Source: Desulfonatronovibrionaceae bacterium (lineage in GTDB: Bacteria > Desulfobacterota > Desulfovibrionia > Desulfovibrionales > Desulfonatronovibrionaceae). Taken from it: 56,147 bases of DNA. This document shows positions 10,785 through 22,208 of the stretch, piece after piece. A program made the position numbers and the translations under genes. The notes beneath the pieces were generated by a model. It saw only the letters and a list, made by a program, of their open reading frames with translations, did not search any database and was not told the origin of the DNA. Numbering within the stretch: the stretch's first letter is position 1; each line of letters starts with the position of its first letter. The stretch lies in contig JBKHGE010000010.1 of the NCBI GenBank assembly GCA_046539845.1, positions 1 through 56,147 of the forward strand, read 5' to 3'.

Positions 10785-10800
10785 AGCAAAATCCGTGCCC
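10785..10800 (-). promoter_or_regulatory. Sigma54 (-24/-12) promoter of lpxC
   Basis: Minus strand gGGCACGGATTTTGCT against consensus TGGCACGnnnnTTGCW, with exact GG-N10-GC spacing, 22 nt upstream of the ATG. Confidence 0.75.
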
Positions 10801-10816
10801 AAAGCAAACATGGATT

Positions 10817-10829
10817 TAACATCTTGATA
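10817..10829 (-). promoter_or_regulatory. IHF binding site upstream of the lpxC sigma54 promoter
   Basis: Minus strand TATCAAGATGTTA matches WATCAANNNNTTR exactly, in an AT-rich context. Confidence 0.6.
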
Positions 10830-10872
10830 TATTATGATAAAAACCAAAAACATCGGCTTTACTCGCTCAAAC

Positions 10873-10890
10873 TGTTGCAGAAAAACAACA
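10873..10890. promoter_or_regulatory. Candidate enhancer (UAS) for a sigma54 activator
   Basis: TGTTG-cagaaaaa-CAACA palindrome ~75-90 bp upstream of the -24 element. Confidence 0.5.
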
Positions 10891-10893
10891 ATA

Positions 10894-11750
10894 TCAACCC
10901 ACAAGATCGGCCGCAACTATCCGGTCCAGCCCGGCCAAGTCCTTGATTATCCGGGTCCGGGGGAACTCCCGGAAACAGGCCAAAACCTCCGCTCCCTGGC
11001 TGCTGCCCGTTTCCACCAGGGCCGTACCCCCAGGCTTAAGCACCCTGGCGCAGTCCGAAGCCAGTCCGGGATAGAAACGCAGCCCGTCTTCACCGGCCCA
11101 AAGGGCCCGGGCCGGCTCAAAGGCGCGGATTTCCTGCGGCAACGCGGCATACTCCCGGGCGGACACATACGGTGGATTGGCCACCACCAGGTCAAAAGAC
11201 CGGGAGGCCAGGCCGGAACCCAGATCAGAGCACGCAAGGTGCAGACGACGGGCAACGCCGTGCTTCCGGGCATTCTTTTCGGCCACGCCCAGGGCGGACC
11301 GGCTGATATCCACGGCTATTCCGAGGCTGTTCGGAAACAGGGAACAGAGCGCAACCGCCAGGGCGCCGCTTCCGGTGCAAATATCCGCGAACACAAAGCC
11401 CTGGCCTTGGTCCGGGAAAATGCGCAGCACCTCTTCCACTATTCCCTCGGTCTCTGGGCGGGGGACAAGCACGTCCCGGTCCACAAAAAGCTCCAGGCCG
11501 AAGAACTCTTTTTTTCCGGTCAGGTAGGCCACCGGAGTGTTCCGGCCTCTTTCGGCGATCAGGGCATCGAAGCGGGCCGCCGCCTGGAAAGACAGCGTTT
11601 TGTCCGGACGGATAATGAGTTCGAGGCGGTCCGTTCCCAGTACATGGGCCAGAAGGACCTGGGCGCAAAGGGAGGGGGACTCCACTCCTGCTTCCCGGAG
11701 TTTGGCAGCCGCCCTTTTTAATGTGGTTTTAGCTGAAAGGGGAAAAGGGC

Positions 11751-11754
<4 letters not shown>
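10894..11754 (-). CDS. prmC: Release factor glutamine methyltransferase (HemK); start uncertain, either GTG at 11685 or non-canonical ATA at 11754
   Basis: [24 protein letters not shown] and VANPPY motifs; lies directly after prfA. Confidence 0.93.
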
Positions 11755-12805
<1,051 letters not shown>

Positions 12806-12821
<16 letters not shown>

Positions 12822-13735
12822 GCTTCCCCTTCTCTAAGCGCCCCGTTAAGCGCGGCCACAGCCACCTCTATCTGCCCCTCATCCGGTTCTTTGGTCGTCA
12901 GCCGCTGCAGGGCCAGGCCGGGCAGACAAAGGAGCCTGCACCACCAAGTCTCCCCGCGTTTGCCGGCGATCTTGATCACCTCGTAGGCCAAACCGCTTAT
13001 GGGGACCATAAGCAAGAATTTAACCCCCAGCACATAGCCGTGCCGGAGCAAAAATCCCTGCGGTTCGTAGGCAGCCAAAAGCAGGGGGACGACAATAGTG
13101 AAAATCAAGATGCTCACAGACAAAACAAACAACAGAAAAGCAGTCCCGCAGCGGGGGTGGAGCCGGCTGTATTTGCGGATATTTTCCGGGGCCAGGGTCT
13201 CGTTGTGCTCATAGGCGTGAATGACCTTGTGTTCCGCCCCGTGATACTGAAATACGCGCTTTATGTCCGGCAGAAAGGAGATAAAATAGATATAGGCCAG
13301 AAACAGGGAAAACTTAAACAACCCGTCCCAAACATGAAAGGACAGGGCCCGGACATCCCCGCCCAAAGCGACCCAGTGCATACCTTCGGACATAAAATGG
13401 GGCAGGACCACGAAGAGCAAAAGGGCCAAGCCCACGGAAACGGCAATGGTCAGAAAGATGGCCCAGGGTTTCATTTCCTCCCCGGCTTCTTCCTCATAGG
13501 CCTTTTGAGCGGAAAAATTCAGGGCCTTTATCCCGTTGACCAGGGTCTCGATAAGGACAAAAAATCCTCGTACCACGGGCCGCTTGGTCCATTTATACCC
13601 CAGCAGGGTAAACCACCGCCTGCACTCGACAAAAATTTCGCCAGACGGTTCACGAACGGCAATGGACAGGCGATCCAGGGAGCGCATCATCACTCCCTCC
13701 ATAACCGCCTGGCCGCCTACTGATATATCCGCCAT
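12806..13735 (-). CDS. DUF1385 family membrane protein
   Basis: [30 protein letters not shown] and LQRLTTKEP motifs; usual rpmE-prfA context. Confidence 0.9.
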
Positions 13736-13755
13736 TATCCTTCCGGGTAGATATT

Positions 13756-13790
13756 GAAAAATTCCCCGGCCTTTTCAAGCGGCCGGGAGG
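13756..13790 (-). terminator. Probable terminator after rpmE
   Basis: Minus strand tcccggcc-gcttgaaaa-ggccgggga followed by atttttc. Confidence 0.55.
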
Positions 13791-13820
13791 TAAAAAAAAG
13801 CGGATGGCTGTAAACAAACC

Positions 13821-14030
13821 TTATTTGCGGTACTGGCCGTATTTCTTTTTGAAGCGGTCGATGCGGCCGGCCGAGTCCACAAACCTCTGCTGACCGGTGT
13901 AAAAGGGATGGCAATTGGAGCAGATCTCCACATGCACTTCCTCGCCGGCAGTAGACCGGGTGGAGAACTCGTTCCCACAGGAACACTTAAACACTGCATC
14001 GTATAATTTGGGATGGATATCCTTTTTCAT
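13821..14030 (-). CDS. rpmE: 50S ribosomal protein L31 (Zn-binding form)
   Basis: [41 protein letters not shown] before ATG 14030. Confidence 0.97.
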   Translation of the reverse strand: MKKDIHPKLYDAVFKCSCGNEFSTRSTAGEEVHVEICSNCHPFYTGQQRFVDSAGRIDRFKKKYGQYRK

Positions 14031-14142
14031 CTTAAAGCTACCTCCGTAAAATTCTGTAAAAAGAAAAACTACTAATAAAATTTTTTCTGCTTGGCAAGGA
14101 AAACATGCCGGGGCCTGACCGCGGTAACCGACCGTTGGCAAA

Positions 14143-14979
14143 TCAAAAGCTCTCTGGGACAAAGCCGCAGGCAGCGAACAGGGAAGCGGCCCGGGGGCTT
14201 TTTATGAATTCCAAAAACCGGGCTGCATTTTTCGGGTTTTTACCATTTTTAAGCCTGGTGATATAGTAATTGATGTCTTCGTGCTGATCCAGATCAGGGC
14301 CCACGTCCACCCCTTGGATATCCAAACCGGAATTAAGCGCGGCTCTGATCTCGGTCTGCCAGACCGGCCCTACATCCGCCTTGCCCTCAAGTATCCGCTC
14401 CGGAGTCTCGCGATGGTGAACTGTGGTCATAAGGGTCGTCCCTTCTTGCACCTTTTCCCGGGTTACACGCCCTACCAATGCCTCTCCTCCGGCCTTTCTG
14501 TACATATCAAGGATATAGTCCGCTATATGCTCCAGGCCGGTGCTGGGTTGGGAAACAACCACGTCGCTACGGGCCAAATCCAATACGGATGATATGCCTT
14601 TGGGATTGCCCTTTTTAACCATCAAGGCCAGCCTGTTATACAGATAGAGGAAATAATCATCCTTTCGGATCAGCCCGGCAGCCTCGAGTTCGCGCATGGC
14701 CTTTTTTGAAACCGAGGAGTACACGTCTGCGCGTATGTAATGGTCCACTCCCCGGAACCTGGCCCCCCCGGCCAATATCTGGCGCAGTTCCAGGCCCGGG
14801 GGCAGAGTCTCGTAAAATATATCCCCTACTTCAGGGTGCTTTTCTTTAAAGGCCTGGATCAAATCCGGGACAACCATGAATTGATTCCCAGCCATAAAGA
14901 CTGTGAGTTCGGACCGGGGCAGGGCCTCCAGGTTGTGTACATCACCTTCCCTGTCGTCCGGAATGAGCGGAAAAGACAT
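14143..14979 (-). CDS. ModA-like oxyanion substrate-binding protein with no signal peptide
   Basis: [28 protein letters not shown] and [13 protein letters not shown] match ModA-fold segments. Strong AGGAGGTG SD; hydrophilic N-terminus. Confidence 0.72.
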   Translation of the reverse strand: MSFPLIPDDREGDVHNLEALPRSELTVFMAGNQFMVVPDLIQAFKEKHPEVGDIFYETLPPGLELRQILAGGARFRGVDHYIRADVYSSVSKKAMRELEAAGLIRKDDYFLYLYNRLALMVKKGNPKGISSVLDLARSDVVVSQPSTGLEHIADYILDMYRKAGGEALVGRVTREKVQEGTTLMTTVHHRETPERILEGKADVGPVWQTEIRAALNSGLDIQGVDVGPDLDQHEDINYYITRLKNGKNPKNAARFLEFIKSPRAASLFAACGFVPESF

Positions 14980-15286
14980 ACATCACCTCCTGCTGGGCAT
15001 TGATATTTTTATAAGAGCGGGGATGTTCAGCCTGCAAGCCGTTACTCAAAGCCAGACATCCTCAGCAGATAAAAACTATTGCACCCCGGAACCTTGGGTC
15101 AAGGCCGGAGAGCAAAATGGCCAGCCACAGTCTGCTATGGACTTTTTTGTCTTTTTAGATGCTTTGACCGGCAGGCTCGGATGCTTTCATATCTACGCCC
15201 AAAGGCGGAAGTGAATCAAGCTCGGGCAGACACCAAAGAATCAGGGAAGGCGGGAATCCGACCCGGAAAAGACCGAGAGCAAAAGA

Positions 15287-15943
15287 CTAACTGAAAGCCC
15301 CTTTTTTCTGCTCCAGGGAAATGTTGAAGGCCACGGAAAAGAGATGGTTTATAAAGTCCACGTATTCTATGGCGATATGTTCCGGGGCACTTATCCTGGC
15401 CGGAGCAAAATTCACAATACCCTTGACCCGGGCCTGGATAAGATAATTGGCCGCCCTCTGGGCCCGTTCCGCAGGGGTGGTTATGATCCCGATTTCCGCC
15501 CCAAGCTCCTGGACCTTTTCCGGCAGGGTGCTGGAGCAATTGACTTCCAGTCCGGCCACTTCATCTCCAATTTTGAATGGATCGCAGTCAAAGGCCCCGA
15601 CTATGACAAAACCGCGGTTGACCATCATCTGATGGCGCAAAAGGGCCCGGCCCATATTGCCCACACCGACCAAAACCACGTTCCAGGTCCGGTCCAGGCC
15701 GAGGCTCTGCTTGATGGCCTCCTTTAGTTCGTGGACATAATAACCCACGCCGCGGACCCCGAACTCACCGAAGTAGGCCAGATCTTTGCGTATCTGTGAA
15801 GGGTTGACACCGCATAGGCGGGCCAGTCCTTCTGAAGAAACCACTTTTTCCCCCTGCTGCTCCATCCCTTCCAGCTCCTGGACATAAAGGGCCAGCCTGG
15901 TGATGGTCGCCCGGGGTATCTTTTCGCTTTTTAGATGCGGCAT
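15287..15943 (-). CDS. rex: Redox-sensing transcriptional repressor Rex
   Basis: IPRATITRLALY, SQIRKDLAYFGEFGVRGVGY, VGVGNMGRAL and VNFAP. Start taken at ATG 15943. Confidence 0.96.
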   Translation of the reverse strand: MPHLKSEKIPRATITRLALYVQELEGMEQQGEKVVSSEGLARLCGVNPSQIRKDLAYFGEFGVRGVGYYVHELKEAIKQSLGLDRTWNVVLVGVGNMGRALLRHQMMVNRGFVIVGAFDCDPFKIGDEVAGLEVNCSSTLPEKVQELGAEIGIITTPAERAQRAANYLIQARVKGIVNFAPARISAPEHIAIEYVDFINHLFSVAFNISLEQKKGAFS

Positions 15944-15960
15944 AGTGAAATTTTTAACAA
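15943..15960. promoter_or_regulatory. Rex operator-like site overlapping the rex start codon
   Basis: TAGTGAA-ATTT-TTAACAA against TTGTGAA-N4-TTCACAA (2 mismatches). Confidence 0.65.
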
Positions 15961-15971
15961 TCTCCAAGTCC

Positions 15972-16000
15972 AAAAAAGGGGGAGAAAGCTCCCCCTTTAT
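15972..16000 (-). terminator. Intrinsic terminator after atpE
   Basis: Minus strand aaagggggag-cttt-ctcccccttt followed by ttt. Confidence 0.8.
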
Positions 16001-16017
16001 GCAGTCAGCCCCAACCC

Positions 16018-16338
16018 TTAGACAAACGGATTGGCGAACAACAGGATCAGGTTGATAACCAGAGCGTAAATGGCCAGAGACTCGATCATGGCCAAGCCGA
16101 TAAGCATGGTAACAGTGATCTTACCACTGGCTTCCGGGTTGCGGGCGGTGCCTTCACAGGCAGCCTTGAGGCCCATACCCTGAGCGATACCGCAACCAAA
16201 GGCGGCGATGCCCATGCCAAAGGCAGTAGCGATAGCGATGTTAGAGATAACCCCGGGATCAGTGTCCGCCGCAAAAGCGACACTGGCCAGTCCCACAAGC
16301 ATCACCGTGTTCAGAATAACCAGAAAAGACTTACGCAT
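16018..16338 (-). CDS. atpE: ATP synthase Fo subunit c with N-terminal signal-like extension
   Basis: [32 protein letters not shown]. Confidence 0.96.
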   Translation of the reverse strand: MRKSFLVILNTVMLVGLASVAFAADTDPGVISNIAIATAFGMGIAAFGCGIAQGMGLKAACEGTARNPEASGKITVTMLIGLAMIESLAIYALVINLILLFANPFV

Positions 16339-16405
16339 TACAAAACCTCCTATTAATGATATTTAAGCGGTCAAACGACCATTTCCCCCGTTAAAACGAC
16401 CCGGT

Positions 16406-17110
16406 CTAGTGGGCCTCTTCAAAAGCACCCTGCAGATACATCATGGAGAGCATGAAAAAGATAAAGGCCTGCATGGTCTTCATGAGCACAAAGAGAAAAA
16501 AGATGGGCAGGGAGCCAAGTATCGGTGCCAGGATAAACATCAAGGCGATAACGATCTCCTCGCCACGGATATTTCCGAAAAGCCTGAGAGTAAGAGACAA
16601 GGGCCGGGCCAAGTGGCTTATCACCTCAATGGGCAGCATAATGGGAGCCAGCCACCAGTACGGACCGGTAAAATGCTTGATGTATTTGACTCCATGTATC
16701 TTCAGGCCCCAATAGTTGTAATATAAAAAGACAAATACAGCCATTGCCGCCGGAGTATTGATATTTGCCGTGGGAGCGTCAGCGCTGGGGACAAGGCCCA
16801 TCATATTGAGCACCCAGATGAATATAAACAGAGTAAAAAGGACCGGAAAGACCTTGCGGCCGGGTTCGCCCATGTTGGCGACCACAAAGTCCTCAACCGC
16901 ATTGACCATGACCTCAAAAAAATTCTGCGCCCCCTTAGGTACCAGCTCCAGTCTGCGTGTGGCCAGCCAGCCGACGATTATAAGCAAAAGCATAGCCGCC
17001 CAGGTATAAAGCACGGGAAAGGGGATAACACTGTGGCCGTGGCCGTCGCCGAGGCCGATGAGTTTCACGAATTCTTCCAGGACCAAAAACTGATGCAAAT
17101 CGGCAGCCAT
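16406..17110 (-). CDS. atpB: ATP synthase Fo subunit a
   Basis: [21 protein letters not shown] and [13 protein letters not shown]. Start 17110 chosen on SD spacing (track gives 17116). Confidence 0.96.
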   Translation of the reverse strand: MAADLHQFLVLEEFVKLIGLGDGHGHSVIPFPVLYTWAAMLLLIIVGWLATRRLELVPKGAQNFFEVMVNAVEDFVVANMGEPGRKVFPVLFTLFIFIWVLNMMGLVPSADAPTANINTPAAMAVFVFLYYNYWGLKIHGVKYIKHFTGPYWWLAPIMLPIEVISHLARPLSLTLRLFGNIRGEEIVIALMFILAPILGSLPIFFLFVLMKTMQAFIFFMLSMMYLQGAFEEAH

Positions 17111-17112
17111 TC

Positions 17113-17523
17113 TCATGCCTCCTTGAATTTTTGACTAACCAAAACGGCGCCAAAGATTAAGACATTCAGCAAAACAATACTTAAACCCGCAAGCAGGGAA
17201 TATATATTCGCTTCCCAATACACAACTGAAGCAACCAGGATCACACCCGTGATACCCAGCCGCAGATAAAAACTGACCAAAAGCGGAAAAACCGCTCCAC
17301 CTTGGTGATAGACCAGCTCCTGAACGAAACAGGCCAAAAAATAAAAATTGGCCGTACCCAGCACCGCCCCCACGGCAAACCCGATCCAGACCGCACCAGG
17401 AGAGAAAACCGCCAACAGGAGCATACCGCCCAGACACAGGTATATCTGGTTGCGGACAAGCAGCCGAATCTCGTTCAATACCAGCCCTCTGGACCGTAAA
17501 AAGCGCTCGATCCTTTTATTCAT
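17113..17523 (-). CDS. atpI: ATP synthase protein I
   Basis: Four hydrophobic segments, FYLRL motif, position immediately before atpB. Confidence 0.85.
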   Translation of the reverse strand: MNKRIERFLRSRGLVLNEIRLLVRNQIYLCLGGMLLLAVFSPGAVWIGFAVGAVLGTANFYFLACFVQELVYHQGGAVFPLLVSFYLRLGITGVILVASVVYWEANIYSLLAGLSIVLLNVLIFGAVLVSQKFKEA

Positions 17524-17770
17524 CAGGCCTTTGTTCCCGCTTTTGTTCCTCTTTCTGTATCTTCTTCACTTCCAGAAACATGTTCTTGAATCCGGCGGCG
17601 ATCCCGAAGACCAGAAAAGCGAGCAACAACCAGGGCTCGGTTCCCAGCCATTTGTCCAGAAAATAGCCCATGGCCAGGCCAATAAACGTACTGGCCACCA
17701 GCTGGATGCCCACCAGGCTCACCTTGCCCAGGGCGCCCCAGATCTCTTTCTCTTTGAGTTTAAAGAACAT
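17516..17770 (-). CDS. atpZ: AtpZ/AtpI-family (ATPase gene 1) small membrane protein
   Basis: IGLAMGYFLDKWLGTEPW..GIAAGFKN signature; first gene of the Fo operon. Confidence 0.85.
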   Translation of the reverse strand: MFFKLKEKEIWGALGKVSLVGIQLVASTFIGLAMGYFLDKWLGTEPWLLLAFLVFGIAAGFKNMFLEVKKIQKEEQKREQRPDE

Positions 17771-17782
17771 GCTCGCGACGCT

Positions 17783-17800
17783 TCGTGCTTTCGTTCACAA
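17783..17800. promoter_or_regulatory. Rex operator-like site upstream of the Fo operon
   Basis: TCGTGCT-TTCG-TTCACAA with a perfect right half-site, 12 nt upstream of the atpZ ATG. A second weaker site, TTGTGCA-TTTT-TTCCCTA, lies at 17845-17862. Confidence 0.55.
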
Positions 17801-18097
17801 GTGATGAGCCAGTTAGCACACCCCCCCATACCAAGTCAATGGACTTGTGCATTTTTTCCCTAACTGGGGCCACGGGAAAATAACAAAGCATACCGGCTCC
17901 TTAATGCAAAATTGTTTTTCTTGTCATCTCCGGGCTATTAAAATATAGCCTGAGAGTTTGCGCGTTCGCCGAAGCACGGCAAATCAAGAGGAGAAACTAG
18001 CCTGTTTTTTGTCAAAAGACAATGGCTTACCCCCGGAGAAAAACTCCGCCGGCCTGACCGGCGGGAAACAAAATACGCAATCAGGTAAACACCCGAT

Positions 18098-20509
18098 ATG
18101 AAAAAAGCAAAACCACTTGCCCCGTCCAGACTGAGGGCCAAGCTCCCCCAGTCCGCCCTGCCGCCCCGCAGATCCAAAGAAATCAATGCCCCCGGCCTGC
18201 AGGACCGGGCCTTAAAGGCCCTGGAGCTCTCCCTGCATGTACGCAGCCCGGGGTACAATGTTTATATCGCCGGAGAGCAGGGTACCGGACGGACCTATTT
18301 CTCCCGGGAGTTTCTGCGGCCTCGGGCCGAGGAAATGTCCGCGCCCCCGGACCTTGTCTACGTGAATAATTTCGAGGATCCGGACCGGCCGCAGTGCCTG
18401 ACTCTGCCCCCGGGGCTGGGTAATATGCTCAAAAAGAGCCTGCATATCTGTGTCCGCAGCATCCGAGAGGCCATTCCCGAGGCCTTTGCCCAGGAATCAT
18501 ACGTACAGCGCAAGGAAAGTCTGGCCAAGGATTTCTCCTCGGTGCGGGACAATCTTTTGCAGACCATGGAGCAAAAGGCCAATACAAACAGCTTCAGCCT
18601 GCATTCGGACGAGAACGGAGAGCTGACCCTATATCCACTCATTGAAGGCAAGGTGATCAGCGGCGAGGAATTCGAGCGCTTGGACCCGGAACTCAAAAAA
18701 AGGTTCAAGGACAAAAGCAGCCGCATAATGCACGCCCTCTTGGGCCTGTCCAGAAAGCTCGGACTAGCGGAACAGGGCCTGAAGGAAGAGGAGCACAAAC
18801 TGGACCGGCAGGTAGCCGGGGAGCAGATTGACCGCTTTTTGCAGGAGATACCCGCAGAGATCCGTGCCCACAAGAAAGTACATTCCTTCCTTCAGTCCAT
18901 GAAGGAGGATATGCTGGAGAACCTGGACAGATTCCGGAACCGGGAGGAGACGGCGGAACAATCGGCGGACCTCTCCTCCATGACCGGAGGAGCGGCATTC
19001 TTCACCCGCTATCAGGTCAATTTGTTCGTGGACAATTGCAGCCAAAACGGTGCCCCGATAGTAATCGACGACCACCCCGGATATTTCAACCTCCTGGGGT
19101 GCATGGAGCGGGAAAGCGAGCTGGGCACGTATTACACCGATTTCACCCTGCTCAAGGCAGGCAGCCTGCACCGGGCAAACAACGGGTTTTTAATCCTCCG
19201 GGCCGAAGACATCCTGGCCAATCCCGCGGCCTGGGAGGGTCTTCTCCGGGCCTTGCGCTCCGGATATATCCGGCTCGAGGATCCGGCCGACAATTTCGAT
19301 CCGGTCCGAACCAAAACCCTGGAACCGGAAGCCGTGCCTTTGGATGTAAAAATAATCTTGATCGGTACAGACGAGTTGTACGGACTGCTTTTGGAGGCGG
19401 ACGACCGCTTCAGCAAATTCTTCAAACTCAAGGCCCATATGCAGGAAGAGGCCCCCCGGACTGCGGAAAATATCGCAGCCGTTGTCTACGCCCTGCGCTC
19501 CATGGCCTCCGGGATATCCAGGCGCCCGCTAACCCGGGATGCGGAATGCGCCCTTGTGGACTATTCCTCGGAGATGGTCCAGGATCAGCAGAAACTCTCC
19601 CTCAAACTCTCCGCGATCAAGGATATCCTGGTGGAGGCGGACGCCGCCGGGAGCATGACCGGGAAGAAGTTTATAGACGCCGAGGCCGTGGAATTCGCTC
19701 GCACCTCCAGGATCCATCGCCTCAATCTCTATGAGCAGTTGTTCCAGGAAGAATACGACCGGGAGGTGATCAAGGTAAAGACCTCGGGGGAGGCCTCAGG
19801 GTGTGTGAATGGACTGGCCGTGAGCCTGGCCGGGGAATACGTGCTCGCCCTGCCGCATCAGATCACCTGCAGCGTGGGCGTAGGGCACGGCGGGATAATC
19901 GATCTGGAGCGGGAGGCGGACCTGGGGGGGCCGATCCACACCAAGGCCATGCTCATCCTGAAGAACTACCTGCAGAACCTGTTCGCTCAGGACAAGCCCC
20001 TGGTCCTTTCCGGGAGCATCTGTTTCGAGCAGAGCTATACCCCGGTGGACGGGGACTCAGCCTCGGCTGGGGAGTTGATCGCCCTGATCTCCGCCCTCTC
20101 CGGGGTACCGGTCAGGTTTTCACTGGCCATTACCGGCGCAGTGGGGCACTGCGGGACCATAATGGCAGTGGGTGAAGTTACCCGCAAAATAGAGGGTTTC
20201 TTTGAGATATGCCGCAGAAAGGGGCTAAACGGGAAGCACGGGGTGATAATCCCGGCGGACAATGTGGACAATCTCATGCTGGAAAAAGAAGTCATTGCCG
20301 CGGTACGCAAAGGGTTGTTCAGCATCTATCCGGTGAGTCACGTGGATCAGGCCCTGGAATTATTGACCGGGGAAAAGGCGGGATCACGCCTGGCCAGAGG
20401 AGGATTCTCCCCCGGCTCTGTTTACGCCCGGGTCAACTCCAGGCTGCAGGAATTCGCCTGGCTGGCGGAGAGAAAAGTCAGACGCGGCAGAAAAACCAGG
20501 ACTACCTGA
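18098..20509 (+). CDS. Lon-like protease, LonC/AAA_32 type
   Basis: YVNNFEDPDRP, KAGSLHRANNGFLIL, FEQSY..VDGDSAS (catalytic Ser) and RKIEGFF (Lys). Confidence 0.9.
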   Translation: MKKAKPLAPSRLRAKLPQSALPPRRSKEINAPGLQDRALKALELSLHVRSPGYNVYIAGEQGTGRTYFSREFLRPRAEEMSAPPDLVYVNNFEDPDRPQCLTLPPGLGNMLKKSLHICVRSIREAIPEAFAQESYVQRKESLAKDFSSVRDNLLQTMEQKANTNSFSLHSDENGELTLYPLIEGKVISGEEFERLDPELKKRFKDKSSRIMHALLGLSRKLGLAEQGLKEEEHKLDRQVAGEQIDRFLQEIPAEIRAHKKVHSFLQSMKEDMLENLDRFRNREETAEQSADLSSMTGGAAFFTRYQVNLFVDNCSQNGAPIVIDDHPGYFNLLGCMERESELGTYYTDFTLLKAGSLHRANNGFLILRAEDILANPAAWEGLLRALRSGYIRLEDPADNFDPVRTKTLEPEAVPLDVKIILIGTDELYGLLLEADDRFSKFFKLKAHMQEEAPRTAENIAAVVYALRSMASGISRRPLTRDAECALVDYSSEMVQDQQKLSLKLSAIKDILVEADAAGSMTGKKFIDAEAVEFARTSRIHRLNLYEQLFQEEYDREVIKVKTSGEASGCVNGLAVSLAGEYVLALPHQITCSVGVGHGGIIDLEREADLGGPIHTKAMLILKNYLQNLFAQDKPLVLSGSICFEQSYTPVDGDSASAGELIALISALSGVPVRFSLAITGAVGHCGTIMAVGEVTRKIEGFFEICRRKGLNGKHGVIIPADNVDNLMLEKEVIAAVRKGLFSIYPVSHVDQALELLTGEKAGSRLARGGFSPGSVYARVNSRLQEFAWLAERKVRRGRKTRTT

Positions 20510-21821
20510 TCACTGCGCAGCCCAGGATATCCGGCTGCTCCCGGCCCATGGCAGCGAGCAGCGCGGCCACGGCCCGCAGATATCCGCTTTTGGCCGCGGT
20601 CAGATTGGCCTCGCTCCGGCTCAGCCTGTCCAGGGCGTCCAAGACATCGGTGCTGGTCCCCACCTGAGCCTTGTAACGCACCCGGGCCATGCGGTAGGCC
20701 TCTTTGGCCTCAACCAGTCCGGTACGGGCCACTTTGACCTGCTCCCGGGCCTCTTCCACCCGGAGATAGGCGGCCTTGACCTCGTACCTCGCCCGATTCA
20801 ACAGCTCCTCAAGCTCGGACTCCATCCGGCTCTTTCCCCGGGCTGCTTTCTTGTACTCATAATAGGTCTTTCCCCATTCAAACACCTTCCAGGACAGGTT
20901 GACCCCCACCTGCCATTCACTGGGGTCCTGATATTCGCTGCCGCCCACACCGGGGTCATCGCCCTGGGAATAATAGTCATAATCCACAGCGATATGGGGA
21001 TAAAAATCACTGGCCACCAGGTCCGTTTCCCGACCGGCGATCTGAACACTCTTTTCAGCCATGTCCACGTCCGGCCGGGTATCTTCCGCCTCCCGGAGGC
21101 AATCATCAAGGTCCAGCTGCACCGGCACGGTTTCCAGTTCACCGCTATAAGACACATCCCGGTCCACTTCGAATCCCAGCAGGGAATTCAAGCGGGCCCG
21201 CCTGGTCTCCACCCCGTTTCTGGCCCGTAAAAGCTTCTGCCGGGCATCAGCCAGATCTGTTTCCGCCTGGAGGACATCCAGCCGGGGCCGCACTCCGGCC
21301 TGATGAAAGGAGCGACTCACCTCCAGATGGGCCTGCAACCGCTGCACTGTATGGGTGGCGCTGCGCGCCTTTTCCCGGAATTCGAGCAGGCGCAAAAAAT
21401 TTTCATGGACGGTCCTTATCAGCTCCACCCGGGCCTGTTTCAATTTGGCCTCTTTGTGCCGGCGGGAGAGCCTGGCTTTTTCATAGTCCTTCATCAGCCG
21501 AAACCCGGTAAAAACCGGCTGGTGGACATTAAAATGAAAAGTCCAATTGTCCCGGTCCCCGGTGCGGATATTTTGAAAGCGCGGGGCCTCATCCAGACCG
21601 GTATAACCATAGCCCGCGGTCACGCTGGGCCCGAATGCCGCCTTGGATGCCTCAGTCCCGAATTTTGCTCCCTCCAGCTCATGCCTTACCGCCTGCAGGC
21701 CGGGATTGGCCTCCAGGCCGCGCTGCACAGCAGCGGTCATGTTTATATCCGCACCAGCATAACCCGGCAACGCAAAGAGCAGAAAAAAGATATAGAGCCC
21801 AAAAATCGGGGCAAAGCGCAT
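20502..21821 (-). CDS. TolC-family outer membrane efflux protein
   Basis: Signal peptide, duplicated OEP repeats (GVRPRLDVLQAE and VGTSTDVLDA), and VGVNLSWKVFEWG. Confidence 0.9.
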   Translation of the reverse strand: MRFAPIFGLYIFFLLFALPGYAGADINMTAAVQRGLEANPGLQAVRHELEGAKFGTEASKAAFGPSVTAGYGYTGLDEAPRFQNIRTGDRDNWTFHFNVHQPVFTGFRLMKDYEKARLSRRHKEAKLKQARVELIRTVHENFLRLLEFREKARSATHTVQRLQAHLEVSRSFHQAGVRPRLDVLQAETDLADARQKLLRARNGVETRRARLNSLLGFEVDRDVSYSGELETVPVQLDLDDCLREAEDTRPDVDMAEKSVQIAGRETDLVASDFYPHIAVDYDYYSQGDDPGVGGSEYQDPSEWQVGVNLSWKVFEWGKTYYEYKKAARGKSRMESELEELLNRARYEVKAAYLRVEEAREQVKVARTGLVEAKEAYRMARVRYKAQVGTSTDVLDALDRLSRSEANLTAAKSGYLRAVAALLAAMGREQPDILGCAVIR

Positions 21822-22208
21822 AAACCGCAGCCTCCTTAACGGATTTCAAAGCCAAGGATACCCCGCCCTATATCCAAGAGGAGCTGAAAAATAAAGGGGC
21901 ACCTTATATCCGGGGACAGCAGACATTTCCCGTGCCCCAAAATGGATTTTTCCGGCCGCAGACCGGCCATGTTCAGGGCCAGAAGCTAGAGCACAGAAGG
22001 CGGCAATTTCTGCCCGCACCGGTTTACAGACCGCGCCTGTTCGCAGTAATATCCCAATCAGGCCTTAAGCCTGACAGAAAAAGCTCTCCTTCCCTTACGG
22101 ATGAGACCAGAACAAAGAAAGCCTGTTCAGAGCAATTTCCCTTGATATTTCGCGTAAATCCGGTTAATATTATCAATGGGAGAAAAATCAAAAAATTGGT
22201 TGAAAAAC

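Noticed and set aside
16018..17770. atp operon lacking the b and F1 subunits
   Set aside because: Split Fo/F1 operons are normal in Deltaproteobacteria.
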